A stretch of 64,000 bases of DNA from the NCBI GenBank assembly GCA_965660445.1, contig CBFIAK010000002.1, forward strand, positions 64,001 through 128,000. Reading direction: 5' to 3'. Shown one piece after another: positions 18,748-28,349 of the stretch (its first letter is position 1; every line of letters begins with the position of its first letter). Source of the DNA: Patescibacteria group bacterium (GTDB lineage Bacteria > Patescibacteriota > Gracilibacteria > UBA4473). The notes under the pieces were generated by a model. The model was given only the letters and a program-made list of their open reading frames with translations. It had not been told where the DNA came from and made no database searches. A program made the position numbers and the translations under genes.

Positions 18748-19849
18748 GAATGTATGTGATGAGTGATGGGAGAAGTGTTGGATCAGAAACATGAAGAATC
18801 GAAAGGAGAATATAGAGTCCATAAACCCCAACTAAAATACCTCCTTCAGTTCGAGAAAGACTGAATTTTTTTCCAATAAGAATAAGGCTTAATAAAACCA
18901 CAGTTCCAAAAAGTAAAAGAATTGAAGATAACAGGTTTTCTGTTCCTACTTCTACGTTTTGTCCTTTCCAGAGAATATAAATAAACCATGGGAGCCCTAA
19001 ACCAATAAGAATATCAAACGAATTGCTTCCAATTGCATTACTCATAGCCATGTTTCCGTATCCTTTTTTGGTAGCAATAACCGATGATATCATGTCTGGT
19101 ACAGATGTTCCTGCGGCTAAAACAGTGAGTGCAATAATAGCCTGCGGAATACCAAAAGAATGAGCAATGAATACGCCTAATTCTACCATCACCCAACTGA
19201 GCGCAATGATATAAAGAATGGATAATACAAATATAGTCTTGTAGTACTGGTTTGATTTTGGGAATAAATACGAGATAAACGCCGTGTTTTTGTTATCGAA
19301 ACGATGAAAAAAATTGTTTTTTTGCTGATTCTCTGGTTGTATTTTTTCTAAATATTCCATACTGACAACGTGTTTTGGCACTGGGAACCATCGTTTCCAT
19401 TGTGATAATAAAAGGAGGTATCCAGCATAAGCAATAATATAGATGAGTGATTCCTTGAAGGTAATAACGCCGTCCCAAAAAGTAAAAATAAGCAGAACAA
19501 GTGATACGAAATAAATACTAATATCTCGAATAACAGATACTTTTTCTAATACAATTTCTTTTACTATTGCAGAAACTCCAATAATCATCAATACGTTAAA
19601 AATAGCGGATCCAACAATAGTTCCAGCTCCTACGTTTTCAATACCTACTTTGCTCAAAGCAATAATAGCGGTGAAAAGCTCAGGAGCACTCGAACCAATA
19701 GCCATAAAACTAGCCCCCGAAACATCTTCGGAAATCTCAAGTTTTTCGGTAATCGTTTCTAAACTATGCACAAAGTATTGATCACATACTTTCGCGAGCC
19801 AATAAAAGACCAATAAAAGAGCTAGAAAAGCACCAATAAGAATTATCAT
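18731..19849 (-). CDS. calcium/sodium antiporter (CaCA family)
   Basis: Alpha-1 repeat MAIGSSAPELF...GSAIFN; alpha-2 repeat LAAGTSVPDM...GSNSFD. Confidence 0.92.
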   Translation of the reverse strand: MIILIGAFLALLLVFYWLAKVCDQYFVHSLETITEKLEISEDVSGASFMAIGSSAPELFTAIIALSKVGIENVGAGTIVGSAIFNVLMIIGVSAIVKEIVLEKVSVIRDISIYFVSLVLLIFTFWDGVITFKESLIYIIAYAGYLLLLSQWKRWFPVPKHVVSMEYLEKIQPENQQKNNFFHRFDNKNTAFISYLFPKSNQYYKTIFVLSILYIIALSWVMVELGVFIAHSFGIPQAIIALTVLAAGTSVPDMISSVIATKKGYGNMAMSNAIGSNSFDILIGLGLPWFIYILWKGQNVEVGTENLLSSILLLFGTVVLLSLILIGKKFSLSRTEGGILVGVYGLYILLSILHVSDPTLLPSLITYIPILGQ

Positions 19850-19898
19850 ATAGAACAAAATAAAAACTGTTTCGATTTTAACAATAATACCACACCTA

Positions 19899-20558
19899 TC
19901 AAATATTTCTTCCTTTACTTTTTGCAAAAACAACGACTTCTATTTCTTGAACGCCTGCTTTTTTAAGTGCTTGTATACATGATTTTGCAGTTGATCCAGT
20001 TGTGTAAACATCATCAATAAGAAGCACCTTTTGTGGAACTGGATACGACGTATCCCATACCATACTGCCTGATAAGTTTATTTTTCGTTCTTGTACACTG
20101 TATTGTGTTTGAGATGGAGTATGTCGTAACCGCTTGAGTCCAAAGCACGACCTCATGTGTGGCGCATATTCCTCAATAGACCGAATAATTCTTTCGTTTT
20201 GATTGAATCCGCGAATGAGTTTTTTTCTCCAATGGAGTGGAACAGGTACAAGTGTAAACTCGTTTTTGAGAAACGGTTCGTAATAGACGGCTATGTAATG
20301 CGCAATCTGTTTATTTCCTTTGTATTTCAATTCAGTGATAAGGGTTTGTATAGATTTGTTTTCGTACCATGCAGAGGCATGTATCGCAATTTTGTTGTGG
20401 TACGTTGAAGGGACGGGAATTATTTTTATTTCTTGATGAGAAAGACATAAAAAAGACCCTTCTTCTCCACAAAAAATACACGTTTCAGGAAAAAGTGCTT
20501 TTTTATACCATTGTAACAATGCTGTACTATTTTTTAAGAACCTCTGCCAAATATGCAT
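19899..20558 (-). CDS. comF: ComF family amidophosphoribosyltransferase-like competence protein
   Basis: LFPETCIFC, LKY, VPVPLH..RGFNQ, LLIDDVYTTGST. Confidence 0.9.
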   Translation of the reverse strand: MHIWQRFLKNSTALLQWYKKALFPETCIFCGEEGSFLCLSHQEIKIIPVPSTYHNKIAIHASAWYENKSIQTLITELKYKGNKQIAHYIAVYYEPFLKNEFTLVPVPLHWRKKLIRGFNQNERIIRSIEEYAPHMRSCFGLKRLRHTPSQTQYSVQERKINLSGSMVWDTSYPVPQKVLLIDDVYTTGSTAKSCIQALKKAGVQEIEVVVFAKSKGRNI

Positions 20559-20560
20559 AC

Positions 20561-21109
20561 TTATCGTACTGGCGGAATAACTGGAGGAAGGGGTGTTGGA
20601 GCTGGTCGTGGTACTGGAACTGGTTGTGGTGTTGGTTGCGTGGGAGCTGGTGGGGGAGTGACTGTTTGTGATACAGCTGCGCCAGAAACTAATTGATTAA
20701 TTGAGTCTTTTATTTTTTGATACGAGAGATAATCCATAAGATTGAGTCCAAAAATACGTCCTACAATCGCTACAAACGTAAAACTTAAAATGGTGATGAT
20801 AAGTCCAACAATAGAATACCGAATGGTGTTAATGGCTTGTTTGATTTTGTCTTCATTTCCACCAGATAAAATAAACGAGATTCCTCCAACAAAAATAAAA
20901 ATCGCTGCTAATGCACCAGCGATTATAAAAGCATAAACAACACCCATTTGTACAAGTTCTGTGATACCAAACTCTAATGTGTTATCCAACGAAGCAGCTC
21001 CTCCAAATGGTTGGTTGAGTGGCGATTGTATAGGGGTTACTGGGGCTTGTGTTTGCACCGCTGTAACGGGAATTTCATAATAATTTGCGTCTGGAAGAGT
21101 TTCGTTCAT
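20561..21109 (-). CDS. TrbC/VirB2-like pilin with Pro-rich tail
   Basis: IFVGGISFILSGGNEDKIKQAINTIRYSIVGLII; C-terminal PPPAPTQPTPQPVPVPRPAP. Confidence 0.75.
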   Translation of the reverse strand: MNETLPDANYYEIPVTAVQTQAPVTPIQSPLNQPFGGAASLDNTLEFGITELVQMGVVYAFIIAGALAAIFIFVGGISFILSGGNEDKIKQAINTIRYSIVGLIITILSFTFVAIVGRIFGLNLMDYLSYQKIKDSINQLVSGAAVSQTVTPPPAPTQPTPQPVPVPRPAPTPLPPVIPPVR

Positions 21110-21181
21110 TTATGTGTGTTGAAAAACAGAGACGGTTTTACTATATAAAAAAAAAGAGGAATTGGGCAACACTTTTTCTAC

Positions 21182-21460
21182 TTATTCGCCTTGTGTTTCT
21201 TCAGATTCTATATGATCTTCAACTTTGAGTGTTATTTTTTTTCGTTCTCTTGCTCCAATTGATTTTACGAGTAATCGCAATGCAGAAATTGTTTGTCCAT
21301 TCTTACCAATAACGCGTCCCATGTCATCTTCGTGTGTTTTAATTTTTAAAAGTGTTCCTTTGCTATCTATAATGTGTTCAATATGAATATCAGCTGGGTG
21401 TTCGCATATTTGTTGTAATACATACCGAACAAAATCTAAAGAGTGTGTCGTGTCATCCAT
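21182..21460 (-). CDS. khpA: KH-domain RNA-binding protein
   Basis: DMGRVIGKNGQTISALR; downstream of rpsP as is typical. Confidence 0.9.
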   Translation of the reverse strand: MDDTTHSLDFVRYVLQQICEHPADIHIEHIIDSKGTLLKIKTHEDDMGRVIGKNGQTISALRLLVKSIGARERKKITLKVEDHIESEETQGE

Positions 21461-21498
21461 AAGGGAGGGGATTTAAGAGAATGAAAAAATATTAACAA

Positions 21499-21813
21499 CT
21501 ATTGAGGAGTTTCAGTTTTAACTTCTTTTTTTGGTTTTGTTGCTCGGGCTTTTACAAACTTTCCAGCTTCTTGCATACCATCTTTAACAAGTATTCGAGC
21601 AACTGTTTGTGATATATGAGCTCCGTTTTTAACATAATGAAGAATTCGGTCTTTATCAATATGAAGTTCTCCTTTTCCTTCATTTGTATGGGGATTGTAG
21701 TATCCGAGTTTTTCAACAAACTTTTTTTGTACAGCTTGCGATTTTTCAGCAACTACGAGCCGAAAAAATGCGCTTTTTTTCTTTCCAACACGGACGAAAC
21801 GAATCATAAGCAT
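21499..21813 (-). CDS. rpsP: 30S ribosomal protein S16
   Basis: MLMIRFVRVGKK..FFRLVVA...EKLGYYNP...GAHISQTV. Confidence 0.95.
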   Translation of the reverse strand: MLMIRFVRVGKKKSAFFRLVVAEKSQAVQKKFVEKLGYYNPHTNEGKGELHIDKDRILHYVKNGAHISQTVARILVKDGMQEAGKFVKARATKPKKEVKTETPQ

Positions 21814-22081
21814 GGGTAAAATAGTTTAATGAGTCTTAGCTCATGCATTCTATGAAGAGACGCAATTAAGTCAACTTTTTCTCTGTGTTTTTCAGGATTT
21901 TTTTGTTTTTATTGTTGTTTTTTAAAATCATTATATCTGTTTTTGATAATTATTTTGCGAATTACTGCATTGGAATAACTTTCTATTCGTTTATACCGTC
22001 TGAGTGGTTTTAAATAAGATTGTCTTTTTTGTGATTCAATTCTATACTCATTCTGTCTCTTTATTTTTAATTTTTTTGACT

Positions 22082-22969
22082 ATGAAATTTTTTGCAGTAC
22101 TCCTTTTACTCACCTTATTCCTTACTGGATGCGAGACTCCGTCTCAAACGACTGAGTCACCAAAACACAACACAAATATGACCTCAGATAAAATGTCGAA
22201 AAAAGAAGGTTCATTTTCGTATGTCACCTATTCACCAGAAACACTTGCTGAAATGGAAGGACAACGTTTTGTTTTATTTTTCTATGCTGATTGGTGTTCT
22301 ACATGCCAAAAATGGGAACAAATGATTCAAGAATCAGGAACACAACTCTATGATAATGTTCGTATTGTAAAAGCTGATTATGATACTGATACTGATCTTG
22401 TTGCTCAGTATGGTATTGCGTCTCAATCAACAGCTGCTTTTATTGATGAGGATGGATCTGTAACGCAGATTCTAGCTGATCCTTCAGTTGAAGAACTCAA
22501 TGCTTTCTTTGAAACTGCAGACTCTGCGAAAACTGATCCTGAAGAGGAAGTAATTCAAGAAGATATCGCTGAAACAATACAAGAAAAATCAGATGTATCA
22601 ACAGAAGAACAAGAAACAACAGAAGAGATGGATGAAGAAGAAATGTCAGACCCTGTATCTTCAGGAGCACAATATGAAGCTTATTCTTCAGAGCTTCATG
22701 ATGAATGGAAGTCAGAACCTTATGCTTTGTTTTTTCATGCCGATTGGTGTCCAACCTGTCAAGCATGGGAAAAAATGATTCAAGACAATATTGCCACGCT
22801 TCCAGAATCAACTCGTATACTGAAAGTTGATTATGATACAAACGAAACACTCGTTCGTAAATATGATATACAATCTCAATCAATAGTTGTTTTTGTTACT
22901 GGAGCTGGAAACAGTACTCTTAAAACTATTGATCCATCGCTTGACGAGGTTATTCAGTTCTTTGAATAA
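22082..22969 (+). CDS. lipoprotein with two thioredoxin domains
   Basis: Lipobox LTGC; FFYADWCSTC and FFHADWCPTC separated by an acidic linker. Confidence 0.85.
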   Translation: MKFFAVLLLLTLFLTGCETPSQTTESPKHNTNMTSDKMSKKEGSFSYVTYSPETLAEMEGQRFVLFFYADWCSTCQKWEQMIQESGTQLYDNVRIVKADYDTDTDLVAQYGIASQSTAAFIDEDGSVTQILADPSVEELNAFFETADSAKTDPEEEVIQEDIAETIQEKSDVSTEEQETTEEMDEEEMSDPVSSGAQYEAYSSELHDEWKSEPYALFFHADWCPTCQAWEKMIQDNIATLPESTRILKVDYDTNETLVRKYDIQSQSIVVFVTGAGNSTLKTIDPSLDEVIQFFE

Positions 22970-22990
22970 AAAATAATTGATTATAGAACG

Positions 22991-23022
22991 AAAAAAAAGA
23001 CGTTTCGACGTCTTTTTTTTTT
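22991..23022. terminator. bidirectional intrinsic terminator
   Basis: A8-GACGT-TTCG-ACGTC-T10 between convergent genes. Confidence 0.8.
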
Positions 23023-23096
23023 GTCTCTTGTTTTCCTGAAACGCTAAAAAATAACCACATTGGTGATTCCCTCTTTTTTCCGATTACTATTCTGTT

Positions 23097-23453
23097 CTAA
23101 GAAATATCGGTTCCAACCGCTCGTTCAACAATTTTTGAAATTCGTTTGAGCCCAAACTGAGGATCTTGACTCTCTGGTGAAGGAACTGGAATAAGAGCGG
23201 GTAATGCTTTGCGTGCTAGTTTTATAATAAGATCGTCAGAGATTTGTTTGTAATATGATTCTTCCATAAAAATAACAGCATATCGAGGAATTGTTTTTTC
23301 GTTGTCTTGAAACTCTTGAATAAGTGATTCGAGCACGTTTGTTGCTTCTTGTTTTGATTCTACCGCATGGGCAATAACACCCAATGATTTATAAAGTGCA
23401 ATTGAGTTTTTGTTCCCAATAATACCAAGCTGAAAGTTTTGTGAAGTACTCAT
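23097..23453 (-). CDS. ntpF: V/A-type ATPase subunit F
   Basis: LGIIGNKNSIALYKSLGV...LPALIPVP...VERAVGTDI. Confidence 0.88.
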   Translation of the reverse strand: MSTSQNFQLGIIGNKNSIALYKSLGVIAHAVESKQEATNVLESLIQEFQDNEKTIPRYAVIFMEESYYKQISDDLIIKLARKALPALIPVPSPESQDPQFGLKRISKIVERAVGTDIS

Positions 23454-23463
23454 AAAGAAAAAA

Positions 23464-24489
23464 CTATGAAAATGATTGAAGAAGTGTGTAGATTTGTTTT
23501 TCGGTTAACCCGTTGTATTTTGAAAACATAATACATTTTATTTTTTGAGCGTTTCTGATCCGTCGACTAAAATAAGAAATAGGAACTTGAATATCATCAA
23601 TAAGCCCTCCTTGTCCTTCGTCAATAAATTGATACAGACATCGATCAAGCTCTTTTTCTATCTGCATGATTGATTCTTGGGTGTTTTCTTGGAGTTCGAT
23701 ATGAGCTTGAAATCCGAGTTCGCTTCTCTTAATGCACTCAATTGCTTGTGCTTGTGAATGTATTGATTCCAGTTCACTGTAGGGAATACTCCCACCTTCA
23801 ATATACTCTTTTGATGATAATTTTTTTTGTCTCATAAATACAGAACGTGCCATCATCATCAGATTAGAACGATCAATTAAGAAACGAACCCATTGGGATA
23901 CAAATGCATTTTTTTGTGGTGCTTTGTTTTGGAAGTAATGAAAAAATGATTGATTAATAACATGCTCAATTCCATTTATATACGATTCTTTGTTATTCAT
24001 TTCTGTATGAGCAAAAACGTATTGTTGAATATGAGAAATCGCATCTTGTAATGAATCAGGAATAAATTCTGGTAATATATGATTCCAAACAATATCTTGT
24101 ATTTGATGATGTGTGAGTATTCCAAGCTCAGAATATCCATGATTTTCATCAAAATGTTCAATATTCGGTTTCTCAAGTAGAATTTTGTCTTTATATGCTT
24201 TTTTAAGATTGTTCATATCAAACTGCCCCCAAAGAATATGAAGGGCTGAATGATCATTTGTTCCTTTCACAAGTGAATGTTTTGTTTCAAGGAGTCCTTG
24301 TCGAATAATTTGTTCAAAATTATTTGGGGTGGTCGATTCATCAATATATTCTGCATATGGTAGTTCGATAAACACATGAAACGCATCAAGGGGGGTTGGG
24401 GATCCAACCATGCGTTCAATTTGGTTTTGAGTTAAGAGTTGGTCTTCCCATGCTCGAATCTGACCGATAATAAAAGTGAGGTTTAACAT
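23464..24489 (-). CDS. ntpC: V/A-type ATPase subunit C
   Basis: GQIRAWEDQLLT...FDMNNLK...IDRSNL; operon position. Confidence 0.8.
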   Translation of the reverse strand: MLNLTFIIGQIRAWEDQLLTQNQIERMVGSPTPLDAFHVFIELPYAEYIDESTTPNNFEQIIRQGLLETKHSLVKGTNDHSALHILWGQFDMNNLKKAYKDKILLEKPNIEHFDENHGYSELGILTHHQIQDIVWNHILPEFIPDSLQDAISHIQQYVFAHTEMNNKESYINGIEHVINQSFFHYFQNKAPQKNAFVSQWVRFLIDRSNLMMMARSVFMRQKKLSSKEYIEGGSIPYSELESIHSQAQAIECIKRSELGFQAHIELQENTQESIMQIEKELDRCLYQFIDEGQGGLIDDIQVPISYFSRRIRNAQKIKCIMFSKYNGLTEKQIYTLLQSFS

Positions 24490-24529
24490 AGTGCTAATCG
24501 TTTACTGCAGAATAAAGAGAAAAATAGAA

Positions 24530-25087
24530 TTATGTAAGTTTTAGTTCTTGTGAAAGATATAAATGAAGTTGTTCTCGGTATTCTTTTTCAATGAGAGTTT
24601 TAAATGTATTGTCGATAACAGTATCTCCCATTTCGAGAATAAATCCTCCTTGAATGTCTTTGTGAGGTACAACATGAAACCCCTGTGGTGCATTTTTTGT
24701 AGTCACTTCAAGCCGTTGTGCAGGAGCATATATTTTCCCTGATGGAACTCGTATATGAGAGAACAGTTTTTGCAAAATCTGTCCATACGTTTTTTCGTCC
24801 GCATTTTCAAGGGTGCGAAGAAAATCTTTGAGTATAGAAGACAAAACTTCATGCTTCATTTCGAGATTCATTTTCGCTGATTCTCGTTTGAGTAAAGACT
24901 GCATTTTCTTTTGCAGTGATTCTAATGCATGTTTTGTTTTCAGCTCAATATTTTGTGCGTCTTGTATCATATATGCATCATATTTCTTCTGGATCTCTTT
25001 TTTTTGAGTTTCAGTTTCAGATTCAATGATCCGCACTTGATTTTGCGCTTCTTCAGTTATTTTTTTAAGGATATCAGGCAATGCCAT
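24530..25087 (-). CDS. ntpE: V/A-type ATPase subunit E
   Basis: MALPDILKKITEEA coiled coil; IQGGFIL...IDNTF. Confidence 0.88.
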   Translation of the reverse strand: MALPDILKKITEEAQNQVRIIESETETQKKEIQKKYDAYMIQDAQNIELKTKHALESLQKKMQSLLKRESAKMNLEMKHEVLSSILKDFLRTLENADEKTYGQILQKLFSHIRVPSGKIYAPAQRLEVTTKNAPQGFHVVPHKDIQGGFILEMGDTVIDNTFKTLIEKEYREQLHLYLSQELKLT

Positions 25088-25120
25088 GAGAGAAGGGAAG
25101 TTAAAAAATTGAGAAAAATA

Positions 25121-25618
25121 TTATCCAAGTTGGATTGAATTGATAATAAGAATTGAAATCAAAAGTCCGAAAATTGCGTATGTTTCAATAATAACAGAAA
25201 GGACGATTGCTTTCCCTGACATTGATTCTTGTCGAGCGATCATTCCAGCACTTGCTGCTGCTACTTTCCCTTGAAGCCATGCAGATGTAAGTCCTGAAAA
25301 CCCCATCAAAATTCCAGCCCATAAAAAGAGAAGTCCTGTATCATGAGGCACTTCCATTGGCGTTCCACCTAATGCTCCAATTTTAAAGAGTGTAAAGATT
25401 GCAATAAGAAGACCGTATACTCCTTGTGACCCAGGAAGTGCTGTTAAGATAAGAATTTTACCAAACAAGTTTGGTTTTTCAGCAAGCACTCCAGCTCCTT
25501 TTTGTCCTGGACTTGCGACTCCCAAACATGATCCAGCTCCAGCGAGAGCTGCAGAGCATACAGCTCCAATAATAGCGAGTACTTGTCCGTTCATAACGGT
25601 AGAAATTTCTGATTCCAT
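25121..25618 (-). CDS. ntpK: V/A-type ATPase subunit K (4-TM c subunit, Na+ signature)
   Basis: LPGSQGVYG, SAWLQG, IIETYAIFG. Confidence 0.93.
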   Translation of the reverse strand: MESEISTVMNGQVLAIIGAVCSAALAGAGSCLGVASPGQKGAGVLAEKPNLFGKILILTALPGSQGVYGLLIAIFTLFKIGALGGTPMEVPHDTGLLFLWAGILMGFSGLTSAWLQGKVAAASAGMIARQESMSGKAIVLSVIIETYAIFGLLISILIINSIQLG

Positions 25619-25660
25619 AGTGTAAAAAAATTAAAAAATAAGGAAATAAAGAAAGTAAAA

Positions 25661-27709
25661 CTAATTCTCTTGAAAAAATATATATTTTTTCTGACGTTGA
25701 AATGGATTGAATTTTATTCCATTTCCGTCAAAAAACTTTCCAAAGAATTCAATAAATTGAAGACGCCCTGAATGGACGAATGCTCCTAAAAGCGATAGGG
25801 CGAAATTTAAAGAGTGCCCAAACAAAATAATAATAACCGCTACAATGATTCCTAAAATCCAGTGCGGCATCATTTGAAATAAAACGCCAGCAGTAAGGTT
25901 CATTGCAAACCCAATAACTCCAGTGGCAAGTCCTAATGCCATAATACGAGAATAACTCAGTACATCTGATAAATATCCAGTAATATTATAGAGTCCGAGT
26001 ACTCCATAAATAGGTTTTAAAATCCAGTTTTTTTGGTGTCGACCTTGTGTTGCTACTAAAAGTCCTGCTCCAATGAGTGTCATGTTTTGAGCTATTGGCT
26101 TCAATGTTCCTATTGACTCGATTGCACTTGATGCAGAGAAAAACACAATAGATGAGATAAAAAAGAACCACGGAAGTGAATCGAAAAAAGCTTCTGAGTA
26201 GTTTTTGTTTTTGATGTTTTTTACGAAACTTAAAATAAGTCCAACAAGAAGTTGAAAAATCCCGAGTACTAATGTGAAAACAAGGAATATAATAGGACCA
26301 CTTCCAGACATCGGATTTATAAGCTGTCCTTTAAATGGCATAGCGGTTGTGTCTCCTGCCAGATATTCAGGGGTAATAAGAATCTGACTCAGCCATTGAG
26401 GGAGAACTTCAGGAGTCATTCCAAAGTATCCACCAAGGACAATACCACCTAATATAGCACTTATTCCGCAAAGAAAGAGAAGCAGTATTCCACTTTTGGC
26501 AAGTTTTGAAAGTTTAGCGGTGAGTAAGAAAATAAGAGCTCCTCCCGCAAGAAGACTTCCGTATCCAACATCAGAAAGACAGAGCCCAAAAAATACAAAG
26601 AAGAATGGAGCTAAAAATGGAGTTGGATCGAGGTCTTGATGATCTGGAATACCAAACATTTCTGTAATAAACTCAAACGGAGCAATTCCTTTTTTGTTTT
26701 CTACGAGGGTTGGTTCGATTTCTCCTTCTTTTGGTTCAATTTTTTCAAGAGATACTTCTTGCACAAATGCTTGTTGAATCCATTGCTGAATTTCGTCGTA
26801 TTTTGACTGTGCAATCCATGCTTCAAAGGCAAAAACGGTTTTTGTTTTTAAAATCTTATGCTGTAAATCATGTTTTGTTTTTCTCCACTCATTATAATCA
26901 GAAAGAATTTTTAAATCATCAGTGTAGCGTGCTAACTCTTTTTGTTGAATAGTGAGTGTTTGAATACGATCTTCTTTTTCTTGCTTGAGTCGTTCAAGTT
27001 GTCGAAGTATTTCTCGTGGTGTTTTTCCTTGCCACTCACTCCATTCTTTTTGGAAATCGAGTATCTCTTTATCGTATGATCCTAAAATTGCTTGTATTTT
27101 TTCTTCTACGCTTGGATGATAAGAGATTCGTAAGATGCCAGTTGTTTTGCTTTGAGGAAGAAACTCAACATCAGCGAGTCGAGATTCTTTTGCCAGTATT
27201 CGGATCAGTTCGTTTTGTTGTGAACGAGGAAAGAGTGCAAACAATGTTTTCGTATGAGCGGTATGAAACGATGGCAAAAGAGGCATATTCATCCCTTTTA
27301 ATCGTTTAATACTTTCAATCATTTGATCGATTTTTGTCTTTTCATGTTCGGTTTGTCCTTTTTGATATTCCACTCGTTCGCATTCACTTATTATTTTTTC
27401 AGAATGAGGAGCAAATTCTTTGAGTCTTTGTTTTGCTTCCGCTTCAGTGAGAATTATTTTTCCTCCTGTTAAGAGACGATCTAAAAAAGGAGTTTTTGGA
27501 CTATAAGGTTCTAGAAATCGAATAGCAAAATCAATACGAGCTAAATCAAACACCGTGAAATATTGCTCCGGTGCTGTTGTTGAATGTGATATGAAGTCCT
27601 CATTTTCTACAATATGCAATACCCCCTTCCGGTGCAGTTCTTGCATAAGAATTTTATAATGACTTTTGAGTCCTGTAATGCGAATTTTTTGAAGTGGTGC
27701 TTTACCCAT
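25661..27709 (-). CDS. ntpI: V/A-type ATPase subunit I (a)
   Basis: DPTPFLAPFFFVFFGLCLSDVGYG, SDVLSYSRIMALGLAT, HSGRLQFIEFFGKFF. Confidence 0.95.
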   Translation of the reverse strand: MGKAPLQKIRITGLKSHYKILMQELHRKGVLHIVENEDFISHSTTAPEQYFTVFDLARIDFAIRFLEPYSPKTPFLDRLLTGGKIILTEAEAKQRLKEFAPHSEKIISECERVEYQKGQTEHEKTKIDQMIESIKRLKGMNMPLLPSFHTAHTKTLFALFPRSQQNELIRILAKESRLADVEFLPQSKTTGILRISYHPSVEEKIQAILGSYDKEILDFQKEWSEWQGKTPREILRQLERLKQEKEDRIQTLTIQQKELARYTDDLKILSDYNEWRKTKHDLQHKILKTKTVFAFEAWIAQSKYDEIQQWIQQAFVQEVSLEKIEPKEGEIEPTLVENKKGIAPFEFITEMFGIPDHQDLDPTPFLAPFFFVFFGLCLSDVGYGSLLAGGALIFLLTAKLSKLAKSGILLLFLCGISAILGGIVLGGYFGMTPEVLPQWLSQILITPEYLAGDTTAMPFKGQLINPMSGSGPIIFLVFTLVLGIFQLLVGLILSFVKNIKNKNYSEAFFDSLPWFFFISSIVFFSASSAIESIGTLKPIAQNMTLIGAGLLVATQGRHQKNWILKPIYGVLGLYNITGYLSDVLSYSRIMALGLATGVIGFAMNLTAGVLFQMMPHWILGIIVAVIIILFGHSLNFALSLLGAFVHSGRLQFIEFFGKFFDGNGIKFNPFQRQKKYIFFQEN

Positions 27710-27751
27710 TGAGAGATAAAAATAGAAGGTCGTCTTTTTAAACAAGAGTTC

Positions 27752-28072
27752 TTAAAGGCAGTTGTCCAAAAAGAAATGAAGAGTGCTTGATAAAACTTTT
27801 TCTTTTTTGTCTTGAAGACTCCTTTTTTCAAGTTCAATTTTTCTTTGTTCTTCTTCAAGCCCTTTTGCATACTCTTTTCTGGCTTCTTTTTGTTGTTCTA
27901 TGAGTTGATTTCTTCCTTTTTCTCGAAGTTCTTGTTCGTTTTTTTCTTGTATCTGAATAAGTTTTTTCTCAAAAGTCTCAACGTCTTTCGCTGACTTCTT
28001 TCGAGCGTCTTCAATCATTTTTTCGTATTGTGCTTCGGTCGTTTGAATCTGGTGTAAAAATGAATCGTTCAT
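27752..28072 (-). CDS. V/A-type ATPase subunit G/H
   Basis: Charged coiled coil (IQTTEAQYEKMIEDAR), first gene of the operon. Confidence 0.7.
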   Translation of the reverse strand: MNDSFLHQIQTTEAQYEKMIEDARKKSAKDVETFEKKLIQIQEKNEQELREKGRNQLIEQQKEARKEYAKGLEEEQRKIELEKRSLQDKKEKVLSSTLHFFLDNCL

Positions 28073-28349
28073 GGGAATAAGAAAAGTATGCACTTATATA
28101 ATTCTTGCCTATTTTCATAAACTTTTCTTGAATGTCAACTCTTTTGTTCTTTTTTTATGTCGATTAAAATAAAAATGTTTTTTTTCTTACTTTTTAAAAA
28201 GAAGAAAGAAACGCTTCTTTTTCTTTTTTATGAACAAATAATGTGTTCTTTTTTTACTCTTCTTTCAGTGTGTTTATTGGAAAATAAGTTGACCTTCCTG
28301 TCTTTTTCTTCACAATAGGATTGATATTTTTCTTTCTTTATTTGTGCAT

